From Eledone cirrhosa (Eukaryota), in the NCBI GenBank assembly GCA_964016885.1, contig OZ024740.1, positions 395,560,001-395,624,000 of the forward strand: 64,000 nucleotides of DNA, read 5' to 3'. Shown one piece after another: positions 12,664-25,452 of this stretch. Positions within the stretch are counted from its first letter, which is position 1, and each line of letters starts with the position of its first letter. The translations under genes and the position numbers were made by a program. The notes below the pieces were generated by a model. It was not told where the DNA came from. It saw only the letters and a program-made list of their open reading frames with translations, and did no database searches.

Positions 12664-13210
12664 AGTGTAATTTACTACACAAAACGAAGGTTATAGAGAA
12701 AATTGAGGTTGGTAATGGCACATGGAATATATAAGAGACAGAATACTTTTTTGTGAAAAAACATATAATTTTATAAGGTAAGGAAATAATAAAAGGGTAT
12801 AAAAAATGACCGGTTTCGATGGGTCTGCAAAAGCCATCTTTTCAAATGTTGATTAATATTAAGAAAAATTAATAATAAGAAGAGTTAAAATTTGAGATTT
12901 GAAAATTCAAGTATAAAATTCATTGTGGGATTTCATAGTAGTTTTCATCTTGGTAGCAGCTCGTTGACTGCTTCTGGTAATGAATGAGAAGTTATTTGGG
13001 GTGTGGGTTATTTTATAAAGGTCAAATTTAGCAATGGCCAGATGGCCAGCTGCTGGTCAGTGAGGGGGTGGAAGCAATATACATACATATATCTTCCTGT
13101 GCTCGGTAGGAGAGGGGAGATTGATAGAAAGGGATTTAGTGCACTTACACCTATATATACACACATACCTTCATCCACACATACATACATATACATATAC
13201 ATACACATAT
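12660..13210 (-). mobile_element. PLE pseudo-LTR-like module, inverted copy of 15175-15688
   Basis: About 510 bp that read as the reverse complement of 15175-15688; contains a hammerhead motif; ends in (TA)n. Confidence 0.8.
12803..12850 (-). ncRNA. Minimal hammerhead ribozyme motif, U3-A8 variant
   Basis: Reverse complement of the 15534-15581 motif. Confidence 0.7.
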
Positions 13211-13508
13211 ATATATTTGAACCACACTGGCATTTGGTTGGACAATACATGCATACCTTGGCGCCTTGTGCGTGAAGGAACGTATATCCTATTACTACTA
13301 CCTCCACTAATGTTGAGAACAAATTTGGTCGTTCTGACTGCTGCTAGCAATAGCTGTGGCTAGTTTGACCTACCTCCTGTTGCCTCTATCTTTGCTTCGG
13401 CCCTTGATAAACCTGTTTCTACATCATCCACTCTCATCCCAGGAACAGTTTTGATAGCGCTAGTTTGTGATTTAAATTCAGGAATTTTATATTCTTTGAA
13501 TGAAAAGA

Positions 13509-13592
13509 ACCTTCTGACGAGAATCTTTCTTTGCAACGAAGGCCGTATGGTCTCCGTTTTATTTTTGGGATTCGAAACCGATCGGTAAAGGT
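13509..13592 (+). ncRNA. Type I hammerhead ribozyme, canonical core
   Basis: ACCTT-CTGACGA-GAATCTT..(long loop)..GGGATTC-GAAA-CCGATCGG-TA-AAGGT; all core bases and three stems present; GUA cleavage triplet ending at 13587. Confidence 0.85.
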
Positions 13593-13659
13593 GACTATAG
13601 TAGGTAAAGTCAATTTTTTAAAATTTATTTTGAAACTTTTTCATTATTTGCTAAACCTT

Positions 13660-13708
<49 letters not shown>

Positions 13709-13790
13709 TACATATACACACATACACACACACACACATACATATACATACACACACACACACACACACATATATTCACATACACACACA

Positions 13791-14358
13791 CATCCTACAC
13801 AAAAACCTCCCCATCCTACTTAAAGATGTAAAAATGAAGTCTATTCTTGAAACACACAAGATCCTTAAAAGTAAAAGACAACCCAAATCACTAAAACGCA
13901 TTCTCACTGGACCAAATATACCCAAACCAATCCTCAACCCTACAGTTACCAAATGTGGTAGAACAAACTGTGGAACGTGCCTCTACCTCACTGAAGGACA
14001 AAAATTTACATTTAAAGATGGCCAAACATTTACAGTAAAAAACAATTTCACCTGCAACTCGGAGAACTTGATTTACGCAATAACTTGCGGTGGGTGCAAA
14101 CACAACTACATAGGACAGACGGGCACCTCATTACGCAAAAGAATGACCATCTACCGCCAACGAATCCGGGACGCTAGCACAAGAAAAATCCCCTTGAGCA
14201 GCCATATTGCGAACTGCGCAGGAATGACACTACCCAACTTTAAAATCTTCCTCTTCTACAAGTGCTCAGATTCGTTCACACAGCAACAAAGAATAAACAA
14301 AGAAAATCTATTCCTTAACAAATTTAAACCAAAACTAAACGGGTTATCACCCCAATAG
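13791..14358 (+). CDS. GIY-YIG endonuclease of a 5'-truncated Penelope-like element (Neptune-like)
   Basis: KCGRTNCGTC cysteine linker, FTCNSENLIYAITCGGCKHNYIGQT..LRKRM, R..KE..F...PKLN. The upstream part of the called ORF is microsatellite. Confidence 0.9.
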
Positions 14359-15131
14359 AATTGTCATAAAATATAAACACACATACGCACGGAGTGACAG
14401 ATATATGTGTTTGTATGTGTGCATGTATATAATTATCACCACTATTAAAGACCAGAGACCAATTCTGTAGAATCAGGTTTATTCGTTAACAGACCATGCC
14501 TTTGTGTGACCAACACATCCATGTTAAACCCTGCACGTGCACACACATATATCTATATATATATGCGCACACAGAATTCACCACTGTCGGTTGCGGGGCC
14601 CAATCTACATGAAGAACTCAGTGTGATCAGAATTACTTGTATTTTAATTTCACTGCCCTAACTTCTTATATTATGGAAACAATATATGTGTATGTATGTA
14701 TATATATATATTTGGAGGCCATTTCTCTGTGTGTGGGTGTATGTATGTGTATATATGTGTGTGTGTGTATGTATGTGTGTATCTGGATGTATGCGTATGT
14801 GTATATATATATGTGTGTGTATATATATATGTGTGTGCATGTGTATATATGTGTGTGTGTGTGTGTTTGTATGTGTGTATGTATATATATATGTGTGTGT
14901 GTATGTATGTGTGGGTGTGTGTATATATATGTGTATGTATATGTGTGGATATATATGTATGTACACATATATATATATATATGTGTGTGTGTGTGTATGT
15001 ATGTGTGTATCTGGATGTATGTGTATGTATATATATGTGTGTGTGTGTGTGTATATATATATATGTGTGTGTGTGTATGTGCATATATGTGTGTGTGTAT
15101 GTATATGTATGTGTGTGTGTACGTATGTGTG

Positions 15132-16240
<1,109 letters not shown>

Positions 16241-16244
16241 ATAT

Positions 16245-16470
16245 ATTAGAAAGTGGGTTTTTTTTACAAAATGAAAAATAACCGAGGTGTCCTACACGAG
16301 TGAAAGTATAAGGAAAAAAAGATGAAATTGAAAATGTAACTAGAGTCTTATTTTAAAAAAATATATATATTTATTAGGTTCCTTTACCGGTTTCGCAGTT
16401 CTTCTGCTTTTCAAAAGGTGAGTTGAGATGGAGGGTCTGTGGTTTTTCTCACATCTGGTTTTTCTCACAT
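16245..16470 (-). mobile_element. Solo PLE-type terminal module within (TA)n
   Basis: Short unique segment between TA tracts that carries a hammerhead motif followed by AATAAA. Confidence 0.6.
16381..16418 (-). ncRNA. Minimal hammerhead ribozyme, U3-A8 variant
   Basis: Minus strand reads CCTT-TTGAAAA-GCAG(AAGAA)CTGC-GAAA-CCGG-TA-AAGG; perfect stems I and II; GUA triplet. Confidence 0.85.
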
Positions 16471-16770
16471 ATATATATATATATATATACATACATATAT
16501 AAATATATATATGTACAATATAATATATCATCATCATCATTGTTTAACAGCCACTTTCCACGGTAGCATGGGTATATATATATATATACACATATGAAAA
16601 TTAAAATGGTGGTAGTGATGATGGCTGAAAGGTATGATATATCCAATATGTCTCAAATTTCTATCTTCTACCCACCACCTCTTAAAATCCCTCTCAGGTC
16701 TCTGTCACATCTCTCCATAACTCAACCCCCCTCCTATATCCATTTCCATCTCTATTACTATCCATCATTA

Positions 16771-16812
<42 letters not shown>

Positions 16813-17139
16813 GACAAACATGCAGCTCACTTCAAACACTAAACTGTCTCTCATATCATACTCACATCTTCTTCATTACATTTACTGTATCTACATTAGC
16901 AATATATAGCACAGTTGTTATTTGGATAGTTGGCCCGAGTAATACAATTACATATAGGAAGAGATGCTGCATTGTTGTTGTTAAATAGTATTTTAGCTTT
17001 AATATAGAGGAAAGAATATACAATTTAGCTCCCTGTTCATCATTTATTTCTCTTACAGTTCACAATACTAATGCTTCTTGTAACCCTAAATTCAAAAACT
17101 GAATTAAGAATAATCACTAAGCATAGATGTACACTTTGT

Positions 17140-17707
17140 TTGTGGGAGATGAAATAAACCTTTTCCAATCACAGGAAGAAGTGGTTGATAGCTTCCGCTA
17201 TTTAGGTGACTTAATTAGCAGAAGTGGGGGTTGCTCTGAGAATATAATAGCTAGAATAAGAACAGAGTGGAAAAAGTTCAGGGAGCTTCCACCTCTGTTG
17301 ACAACAAAAGGTTTCTTTCTATGAACAAAAGGCCCACTATGATATCTGAATGTAAAGTGCAATGTTGCATGGAAATGCAGAGGATATGCAGATGCTGAAG
17401 CAAAATAAAGCAAGCATGCCTTGATGGATGTGTGATTAATAGCAAAGCATGTATGATCTGAGAGAGAAACTAAATGAAGAGGAATGTAGTGTGCTAGAGA
17501 GAAGACTGCTATGGTATGGTCATGTGATATGTATGAATGATGATCATTGAGTGGAGAAGTGTCAAGAGTTCCCAGTGAAAGGAAGCTGGACTAGAGGAGG
17601 ACGGCAAATGAAAATCTAGGCAGACATGTTTGAAAGTGGATCTCAAAATTATACAACATATGCAAACCTGGAGAAATGGATGTGAAAAGGAAGATGATGA
17701 TGATGAT
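17140..17707 (+). mobile_element. Old degraded RTE 3' fragment
   Basis: VVDSFRYLGD..GGCSE..WKKFREL..KGF; ends in (GAT)n. Confidence 0.85.
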
Positions 17708-18212
17708 CCTAGTCTCTCTTTCCATCTCCTGTTACTCTTAACAGTCATACATTTAAATATTGTCTTTCAAGAATGCTTTTTTACACATCTTTTATTTTAT
17801 TTCATTATTTATCTTTCAATACACATTCATCTTCTCTTCCTCCTTTGGCTATTTATCTTCTTTCTAACCAACATAAGCCCATTCCTTCTCTTTTTTCTAT
17901 TCTTTTTTTATTATTTGTTAATGTATTACTTATATTTTGTGTACAATAATTATATGATCAATCAATAAGAACCTTTGACCCAATAATATTATCCTATAAA
18001 GCTTATGTTGTTATTCAAATATTTCCATTGTATGTTTTAGGCATGTTTCATGTTTTTTATTTCATTATCATCCCAAATGAGAAATTCAGTGTAATGAATA
18101 CTGAAGTTTCAGCTTCCAATAGAATATACCACTTTATTGTCAACATTGAGTGCTTCTCTTCTCTCTCTTATATTTATATAATTATATACATATATAATTA
18201 CATATATATATC

Positions 18213-18527
18213 AGAAGGACCCTTCAGTCATGTCAAGGACACAACAGCTTCTCTAGTGTTGGTGATCTACACAATAAATGCACCCAGTACATGTTGTAAA
18301 ATGATGGGTGATAGGAAGGGTATCCAGACATAGAAAGAACGCTTGCCAAATAAAGGGTTGGGAGGGCTCTTCAGTTGTGTCAAAGACATGACAAGCTCTT
18401 CTCTGCACTTGTTAGAATGTGAGACTGTACATAAGAGAGACAACAGATTCCTGGCTTGCCTGGGAGATCAGTAGCCCCATGTCAGTATGTACTGTTGAGT
18501 CTATGTAGACCTGTCCAACCCTTGCTA
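18213..18527 (+). mobile_element. Non-autonomous RTE-related bipartite element (dimeric head)
   Basis: Two tandem g..ggrc.cttcagt..gtcaa.gaca modules, an aggaagggtatccag motif and an RTE terminal cctgtccaacccttgct; related to 44090-44427. Confidence 0.6.
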
Positions 18528-19082
18528 TAAATTTTCTTTCTCGGTTTATTGTCCTAAAATGTCAGAACTCTTTTATTTAAATTTAGAAACTTCACCAAAT
18601 AATTTATTCCATTATTTCTTTAGAAACACTATATTATCCAACCACTTAAGAAATGATTGAAATTAATTGGTTTTGTGGGAGATTAGAGTTGGGATTTTTT
18701 TCATATTTCTTAATCATTTAATTTTATTGATAAAATATCAGCTGTATGAAATATCTGACACATTTTGCTGACATTGAAAAAAAAAAATGAAGAATCTATC
18801 TGGCACCATTTTTGTTGACAGGGCACTCAAAGTTTTCAACCATTGCCATCCTTTAATTATCGTTGGCATTAGAATTGTAAATAATAGACATTTATTTTGT
18901 TATCAATGTTTGTTTTATTTTCATTATTGTATTTTTTTTTTTTAGCTACTTCACATTTTTCTCATCTTTTTGAAGAAATTTATCTACTTGAAGTCAAACA
19001 AAATTAAGATAGATTTTCTGTTTTCAACTGTTGATTAGTTTTTAATGTGTTTTGTCTAGACTGTTCTGTATTATTTGTTTCA

Positions 19083-19286
19083 CCCTTTACATTTCTCTAT
19101 ATTTACTATTATATTTTCACAGTAAAGGCTTTACCTCACATTATTACCTCACATAATATCGAATCTATGAGATTTTGATATTATTTATTTTGAGAACAAT
19201 ACCTTAATATAAGTATGAGCAGCTGGTTTGAACAGAAAGAGGTGAGAGAATTCTGGCTAGATACAGCCAGTTTAATTGCTAAAGGG
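19083..19286 (-). mobile_element. piggyBac-type MITE
   Basis: CCCTTTA...TAAAGGG ends with TTAA on the right; reverse-complement homologue of 56499-56720. Confidence 0.75.
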
Positions 19287-19989
19287 TTAAAGGCCTGCAT
19301 TATGTATTTACTGGGGTAGCATACTTTTTGTTTTTGTATTTTCATTTTAAAGAAGTTTGTCATAATTAATAAGCTGAAGTTCAAATACAGATAAAGCCTT
19401 CAATTAGATCATATTTCATTTCAACTATGAATCCTATACTTAAAAGAGGGGTGGGGTTCTAAGAAATAGGAGCAAGATTTTCTTTTATTCATTCACTAAT
19501 TTCAACAAATTGGCAGAGTTGCTAGGGCATTGATTAAATGCCTTGTGGTATCTATTACACAAGTAAATTAGTAGATCTACAGGCCATAAAATGAATAACA
19601 TACAGGGAGTTATGGTCTTTGCACCATGGATACAAGATTATCACTTTAAATCATGAGAACTAACTTATTACATCATGCCTCAGGAATAGATAGCCATGTA
19701 TTTAAACTCACTGAGAATCTAATTAATTACTGGGCTTCCATGAAATTTAAGATCCATACTGTATTTCTTAAGTACCATATAAAGACTTATTTAACTCTAC
19801 TATCAGTATTGAGAACTCCCTACTTGAGAAATGGACACTAAACCCCCCACGTCTGTGAATGTGGATATATATTATCATTTAGAAATTCTGCGTTTGGATT
19901 TCAATGTTATCAAATATAATATATATATATTTTTTTCCCTAAGGATCAATCCGTCCAACCCATGAATGATGGATGCTAATCACGAGGTT

Positions 19990-20130
19990 GATGATATATT
20001 TATGTGTGTGTATATATATGAAGTGTGTATGTATATGTATGATATATGCATGTATATTGCATATATATGGTATATGTATATGCACACAAATATATATATA
20101 TGTGTGTATATCATTATCATGATATGTGTA

Positions 20131-20164
<34 letters not shown>

Positions 20165-20463
20165 CATTCATACATACATACATGTATGTATGTATGTATG
20201 TATGTATGTATATTATGGTGGTACCACATAATATCCAGCCCACACTGTAAAGTGGACGTGTAAAAGACATGGCATAAAGCACCCAGCACACACTGTCAAT
20301 GTGGTTGGTGTTAGGAAGGGCATCCAGCCGTAGAAAACCAGCCAGAAACACTCCTGTATGAGCGCAATACGGTCACCCCACCCAACTGCCTCTAAATGGG
20401 ATAAACCCGTCTAACCCATGCTAGCGTGGAAGATAGACGTTAATCAATGATGAGCATGATGAT
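19990..20463 (+). mobile_element. Non-autonomous element: microsatellite-like head + RTE-type tail
   Basis: gttaggaagggcatccagcc module and terminal stem-loop; homologous in inverted orientation to 23136-23505. Confidence 0.7.
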
Positions 20464-20515
20464 ATACATATCATCCTCATTGAAGTTTAACATTTTCTTT
20501 CCCTGCTAGCAAGGA

Positions 20516-20553
<38 letters not shown>

Positions 20554-20557
<4 letters not shown>

Positions 20558-22635
20558 TCATCATCATCATCAACGTTTAACGGCCGTGTTCCACGCTTGC
20601 ATGGGTTTGGACGGGGGTTTTCCCACATGAGGCAAGAGTGGTTGTCTTGCTCGCATAGAACTGTCTAGCGGGTTTTCTACAGCTGGATGCCCTTCCTAAC
20701 ACCAACCACATTTACAGTGTGGGTCTGGGAGGTTTTTACCGTGTTGCCTACAAGGCCACATTACAGCGTGGACTGTGTGTTTTTTTGTCGTGACACCTAC
20801 ACGATCTCATTTGTTTCGGCCTGGATGGTGTGGCACCAACATAACTTTACATAGAAGGGGGCGGTGTGGATGGGGTGGGGGTGGTGGGACGGGGGTGTAT
20901 TTTGTTAGAGATGCCTACTGACTGTAGTAGGTTTTACTATGTATTTAGGTAAGGCGGGTCTTCTCTATTACTGAGTACCGCCAAAGGTCTCGGTCCAGTG
21001 ACATTGTCTTGGAGAGGTGTAAGTGTGTGAGGTCGGAGTTTATCAGCTCGTCTCAGGTTTTTCTAGGTCTGCCTATTCCGTGGCTACCGTCTATCTTTAT
21101 TGCCCTGCACTTTGTTATACAGCTATCGACTTTCATGCGCATCACGTGTCCATACCAACGTAGCCTTCTCTCGAGTAAACAACATCTGATCCCTCTTATT
21201 TCTAATTTTTTCCTTAGTTCGTTTATGCTTTGCCGTTCACGTATATTACTATTACACATCCAGCGGAGCATGCAAGCTTCGTTCCTCTCTAGTCTGCGTA
21301 TATCCTCTGCACATAATGCCCAGGTCTCACAGCCATGCAACATTGCTGTTCGTTGCAGGCATCATACAACCTGCCTTTCGTTTTTAGGGAGAACCCTTTA
21401 GCGGCTAATAGTGGTATAAGCTCTCTGAACTTTTTCCATCCAGTTCTGACTCTAGCTACTGTACTTTCAGAGCACCCTCCCCCACTGCTGATTTTGTCAC
21501 CCAGGTAACGGAAGCTGTCCACTATTTCTATAGAGCCCTCTGCGCAGTTGAAAGAGCTAGTATTTTGTGGGCACTTGCTGCTACTTATTGCACCAGAGCA
21601 CCGGCCACATGTGAAATCTATGTTCTTAGTTAGCTTACCTGTGATCCCACTACATCTTTTATGCACCCATACTTTGCATTTCTGACACAAAATGGAGTTT
21701 CTACCTATGCCTTTCCTACACACTGAGCATGGCCACTTCCCAGAAGGGACCGCCGCCTTATTTTCTTTCCTACAAACTAGAACTTTGGTCTTAGCCAGAT
21801 TAATTTTAAGGCCTTTTGATTCTAGGCCGTGCTTCCATGTTTGGAATTTCTTCTCTAGCTCGGCCATTGATTCAGCTATGAATGTTAGGTCGTCTGCATA
21901 TAGGAGTTCCCATGGGCAGCCGGTCTTGAACTCATCTGTTATAGCCTGAAGGGCAATAATAAATAGTAGGGGGCTGAGAACAGAGCTCTGATGGACGCCA
22001 ACTTTTACGCTAAACTCTTCACTATATTCGTTGTTAATTCTAACCTTGCTGACTGTTTCTTTATACATGGCTTGTATAGCTCTCACAAGCCATTCGTCGA
22101 CACCTAGTTTTCTAAGGGCCCACAACTAATCAGAGAGAGAATTGACCTAGATGAAATGCAGTTCGGGTTTGTGTCAGGCAAAAGTACCACAGACGCTCTT
22201 TTCATTGTACGACAACTACAGGAGAAGTACCTAGCTAAAAGTAAACCCCTCTACTTAGCTTTTGTCGACTTGGAGAAAGCCTTCGACAGAGTCCCCCATT
22301 CCATTATCTGGTGGGCCCTTAGAAAACTAGGTGTTGATGAATGGCTTGTGAGAGCTATACAAGCCATGTATAAAGAAACAGTCAGCAAGGTTAGAATTAA
22401 CAACGAATATAGTGAAGAGTTTAGCGTAAAAGTTGGCGTCCATCAGAGCTCTGTTCTCAGCCCCCTACTATTTATTATTGCCCTTCAGGCTATAACAGAG
22501 GAGTTCAAGACCGGCTGCCCATGGGAACTCCTATATGCAGACGACCTAACACTCATAGCTGAATCAATGGCCGAGCTAGAGAAGAAATTCCAAACATGGA
22601 AGCACGGCCTAGAATCAAAAGGCCTTAAAATTAAT
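20554..22635 (-). mobile_element. RTE subfamily A copy with 5' inversion (20554-22123 minus, 22124-22635 plus)
   Basis: RT ORFs 21289-22125(-) and 22156-22659(+) diverge from a junction at 22123; (TA)n at both outer ends. Confidence 0.95.
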
Positions 22636-23135
22636 ATATATATATCCATGCTAGGTTGACTCGGGTAATATTCTTGAATGTCATTACCATTAGATATACC
22701 TGAAATTGTATTTTATACTCCAGTAATAAACATGTGAATGTTGTAAATCCAGCAACTTGTTCATTGAAGTATAGTAAATCTTTACCTTGGTAAGAATACA
22801 AAGATTAATCTCCTGTTAGATAGCAGAAACTAGTATTATAGGAACATCTGCTCTTCACATGCAATTAATCAATAAAGTAATTACCAGTCACAGAGTTGGT
22901 ATTAGTATTTCGAAATAGTATTAATATTTCCAAAAGTGGCAGCGCTTGTGGCAAATACATATGGCAGTATATCAGTAAGTTAAGTAATTTTAATATTTAG
23001 GAAATCTCAAAATGATGTGAGATACAGTTTGGTGGATCAAGAGGGTGTTTGTCTATTAGACTAAAAGATGGCATCTTGTATCCTATCACCAGCATTGTGT
23101 TGGATACTACCTTCAGTCGACCCTGTCTATCATTG

Positions 23136-23505
23136 TCATCATCATCAATTAACGTCTATCTTCCATGCTAGCATGGGTTAGATGGGTTTATCCCATTTAG
23201 AGGCAAGTTGGGTAGAGTGACCATGTCTCGCTCATGTAGGAGAGTTTCTGGCTGGTTTTCTACAGCCGGATGCCCTTCCTAATGCCAACCACATAGACAG
23301 TGTGTGTTGGGTGCACCTACATGATCATTTTACAGTATGGGCTGGATGTTTTTAAGGTACCAGTATAATATACATATATATACATGCACTTATAATGATA
23401 TACACATATATATATATTTGCGTGCATATACATATACCATATATGTAATACACACACATATACATACACACTTCATATATATACACACATAAATATATCA
23501 TCATC
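23136..23505 (-). mobile_element. Second copy of the 19990-20463 element
   Basis: Reverse complement similarity that includes the degenerate microsatellite head. Confidence 0.7.
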
Positions 23506-23959
23506 CAGCTTCCAGTGGATAATTTTGGGATTCCATTAGGGAAATTGTTGCTTGATATATTATATATAACCTTAATGTTGGTTTTTAAGGATTCTAATAA
23601 TAAACCAATACAAGGTTGGTGTTTTTAGCACAATAATTCTTAATCTGGGAAAAATATTCCATTCTGGAGAGAAATGTCAGGATTTCAGGTGGAAATTTGT
23701 GGATTCCACTCTGGAAATCGTTTTAACCTGAAAAATTCATTTATTATTATTCACAGTTTTTGATATATTTTCTTCAGCAGGCTAATATTGAATTTATACA
23801 AACCTGTTAATGTTATATAGGCTTTTTTTTTTATTATGTGGTAGTTGGGGGTCAAGATAGTGAAATGTGTAAAGAAAGGAAATACAGGAGTGGGTGGAAG
23901 GTTCAAGCAGGTCAGTGCCCACCCAGACACCCACTTGCTTGCATAGAGTTAGGGATCTT

Positions 23960-24113
23960 TATGTTCTGAGGTCAAATCATGCCATGGTTAACTTTGCCTT
24001 TCATCCTTACGGGGTCGATAAAATAAAGTACCAGTAATGCACTGGGGTCTATTCAATCAACTTTCCCCTCCCCAAAAATTGCTGGCCTTGTGCCTTTAGT
24101 AGAAATCATTATT
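23960..24113 (+). mobile_element. tRNA-derived SINE, partial
   Basis: Core aactttgcctttcatccttacggggtcgataaaataaagtaccag and tail gccttgtgcc..tagaaa(att). Confidence 0.85.
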
Positions 24114-24774
24114 ATAAAGAAAAGAGATATAGCAAAGCTCACTCACGTAAGTAGTGGGTGGACTGTTATATTGATTTTTGATATAGGTACAAACCAACAA
24201 ATTTGGTTGAGCAGGTGAATAGGTAATTGTATCAGCCCCAGTTTATGATTGCTACTCTAGTTTAGGTTATCATTTCTAAAAATATTTCCTGTTTCTAATC
24301 TTGTTTCTTATTTCACCATCTGAGACTTGATAGTCATAAAGCTAAGTACTGGACTACAGACTACATATTTAGGAGTTGAAACTTTACTGCCACAGCCATT
24401 ATACTGGGGCATTGTGGCCCTACACTATACAAGGTACAAACATCCTGAAGCAGTCAAGCAAAATACAGGGGAACCTGTAGCTCTACATGAGCATCAATCC
24501 AGTCTCTTGACAACTCACCCTACCCTTGCTAGCAGAGAAAGCTGATGCCAAATGATGATGATGGTGAAGATGATGATTTCTCACATTGATGCAAAACCAG
24601 AAATTTGTAAGGAAAATTGTAATCAAGAATTTATAACAAAGACAACCTCACCAGGATTTAAATCAAGAATATCAAGAAACTTACTTCCCTGAAGAGTTCA
24701 GAGTAAGACTGAAATATTCCTGTAGTTAGATCCTGTACATACTGAAAAACTGAAAACAGTATGAGTGATTAAAT

Positions 24775-25010
24775 TATATATATTTAATATAGAAAAGCTT
24801 CTACAGGACTAGAACTGTTTCTATCTTATATCTTGAGATAAGATATAAATATCACTATATTACTTGGACAGTCGGCTTCCTGATGATTTCTCCAGAATGA
24901 AACAGTTCTAGTCCTGTAGAAGCCTCTTCTATATTAAATATTTATACTCTGCTTTGTATTGAGTATCTTACTTACTGTGGTTACCCCCGATTGAACCCGG
25001 GATAAACTTA
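24775..25010 (+). mobile_element. Solo PLE-type terminal module with 5' inverted segment
   Basis: 24782-24822 is an inverted copy of 24899-24941; hammerhead motif; actct..gtattgagta motif; ends in (TA)n. Confidence 0.7.
24874..24924 (+). ncRNA. Type I hammerhead ribozyme
   Basis: GGCTTC-CTGATGA-TTTCTCCAGAAT-GAAA-CAG(TTCTAGTC)CTG-TA-GAAGCC; 6-bp stem I, canonical core, GUA triplet; stem II weak with a U.U closing pair. Confidence 0.8.
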
Positions 25011-25025
25011 TATATATATATATAT

Positions 25026-25209
25026 AATTGTTTCTATTTTAGGCACAAGGCCAGCAATTACCCAGTACATTACTGGTACTTTATTTTATTGACCCCGTAA
25101 GGATGAAAGGCAAAGTTAACCTCGGCGGGATTTGAACTCAGATCGTAAAGGGACGTAACTATGCTGGAAAGCATGTCCGACCCTCTACCGATGCTGCCAA
25201 TTCACAGCC
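25026..25209 (-). mobile_element. tRNA-derived SINE (young ATT-tailed family)
   Basis: Reverse complement of the 34888-35080 family. Confidence 0.9.
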
Positions 25210-25399
25210 CACATATATATATATGTGTGTGTGCATTATTACGGTAACAGAAGTCCAATGGGCTTTTGATTCCAGAGTCAGGCCCAATTGATACAGATCA
25301 ATCGCGATCATCACACCTCAATAAATGTAATGAAAATTTAACACCTTGTCCATATTATTGTTATATATATATATATAAGTAAGTATGTTTTGAAACATA

Positions 25400-25451
<52 letters not shown>

Positions 25452-25452
<1 letters not shown>

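Noticed and set aside
24685-24735. CTGAAGA...GAAA hammerhead-like spacing (similar hints near 2305-2335 and 14608-14640)
   Set aside because: Stems I and III cannot be formed convincingly; at best these are decayed motifs.
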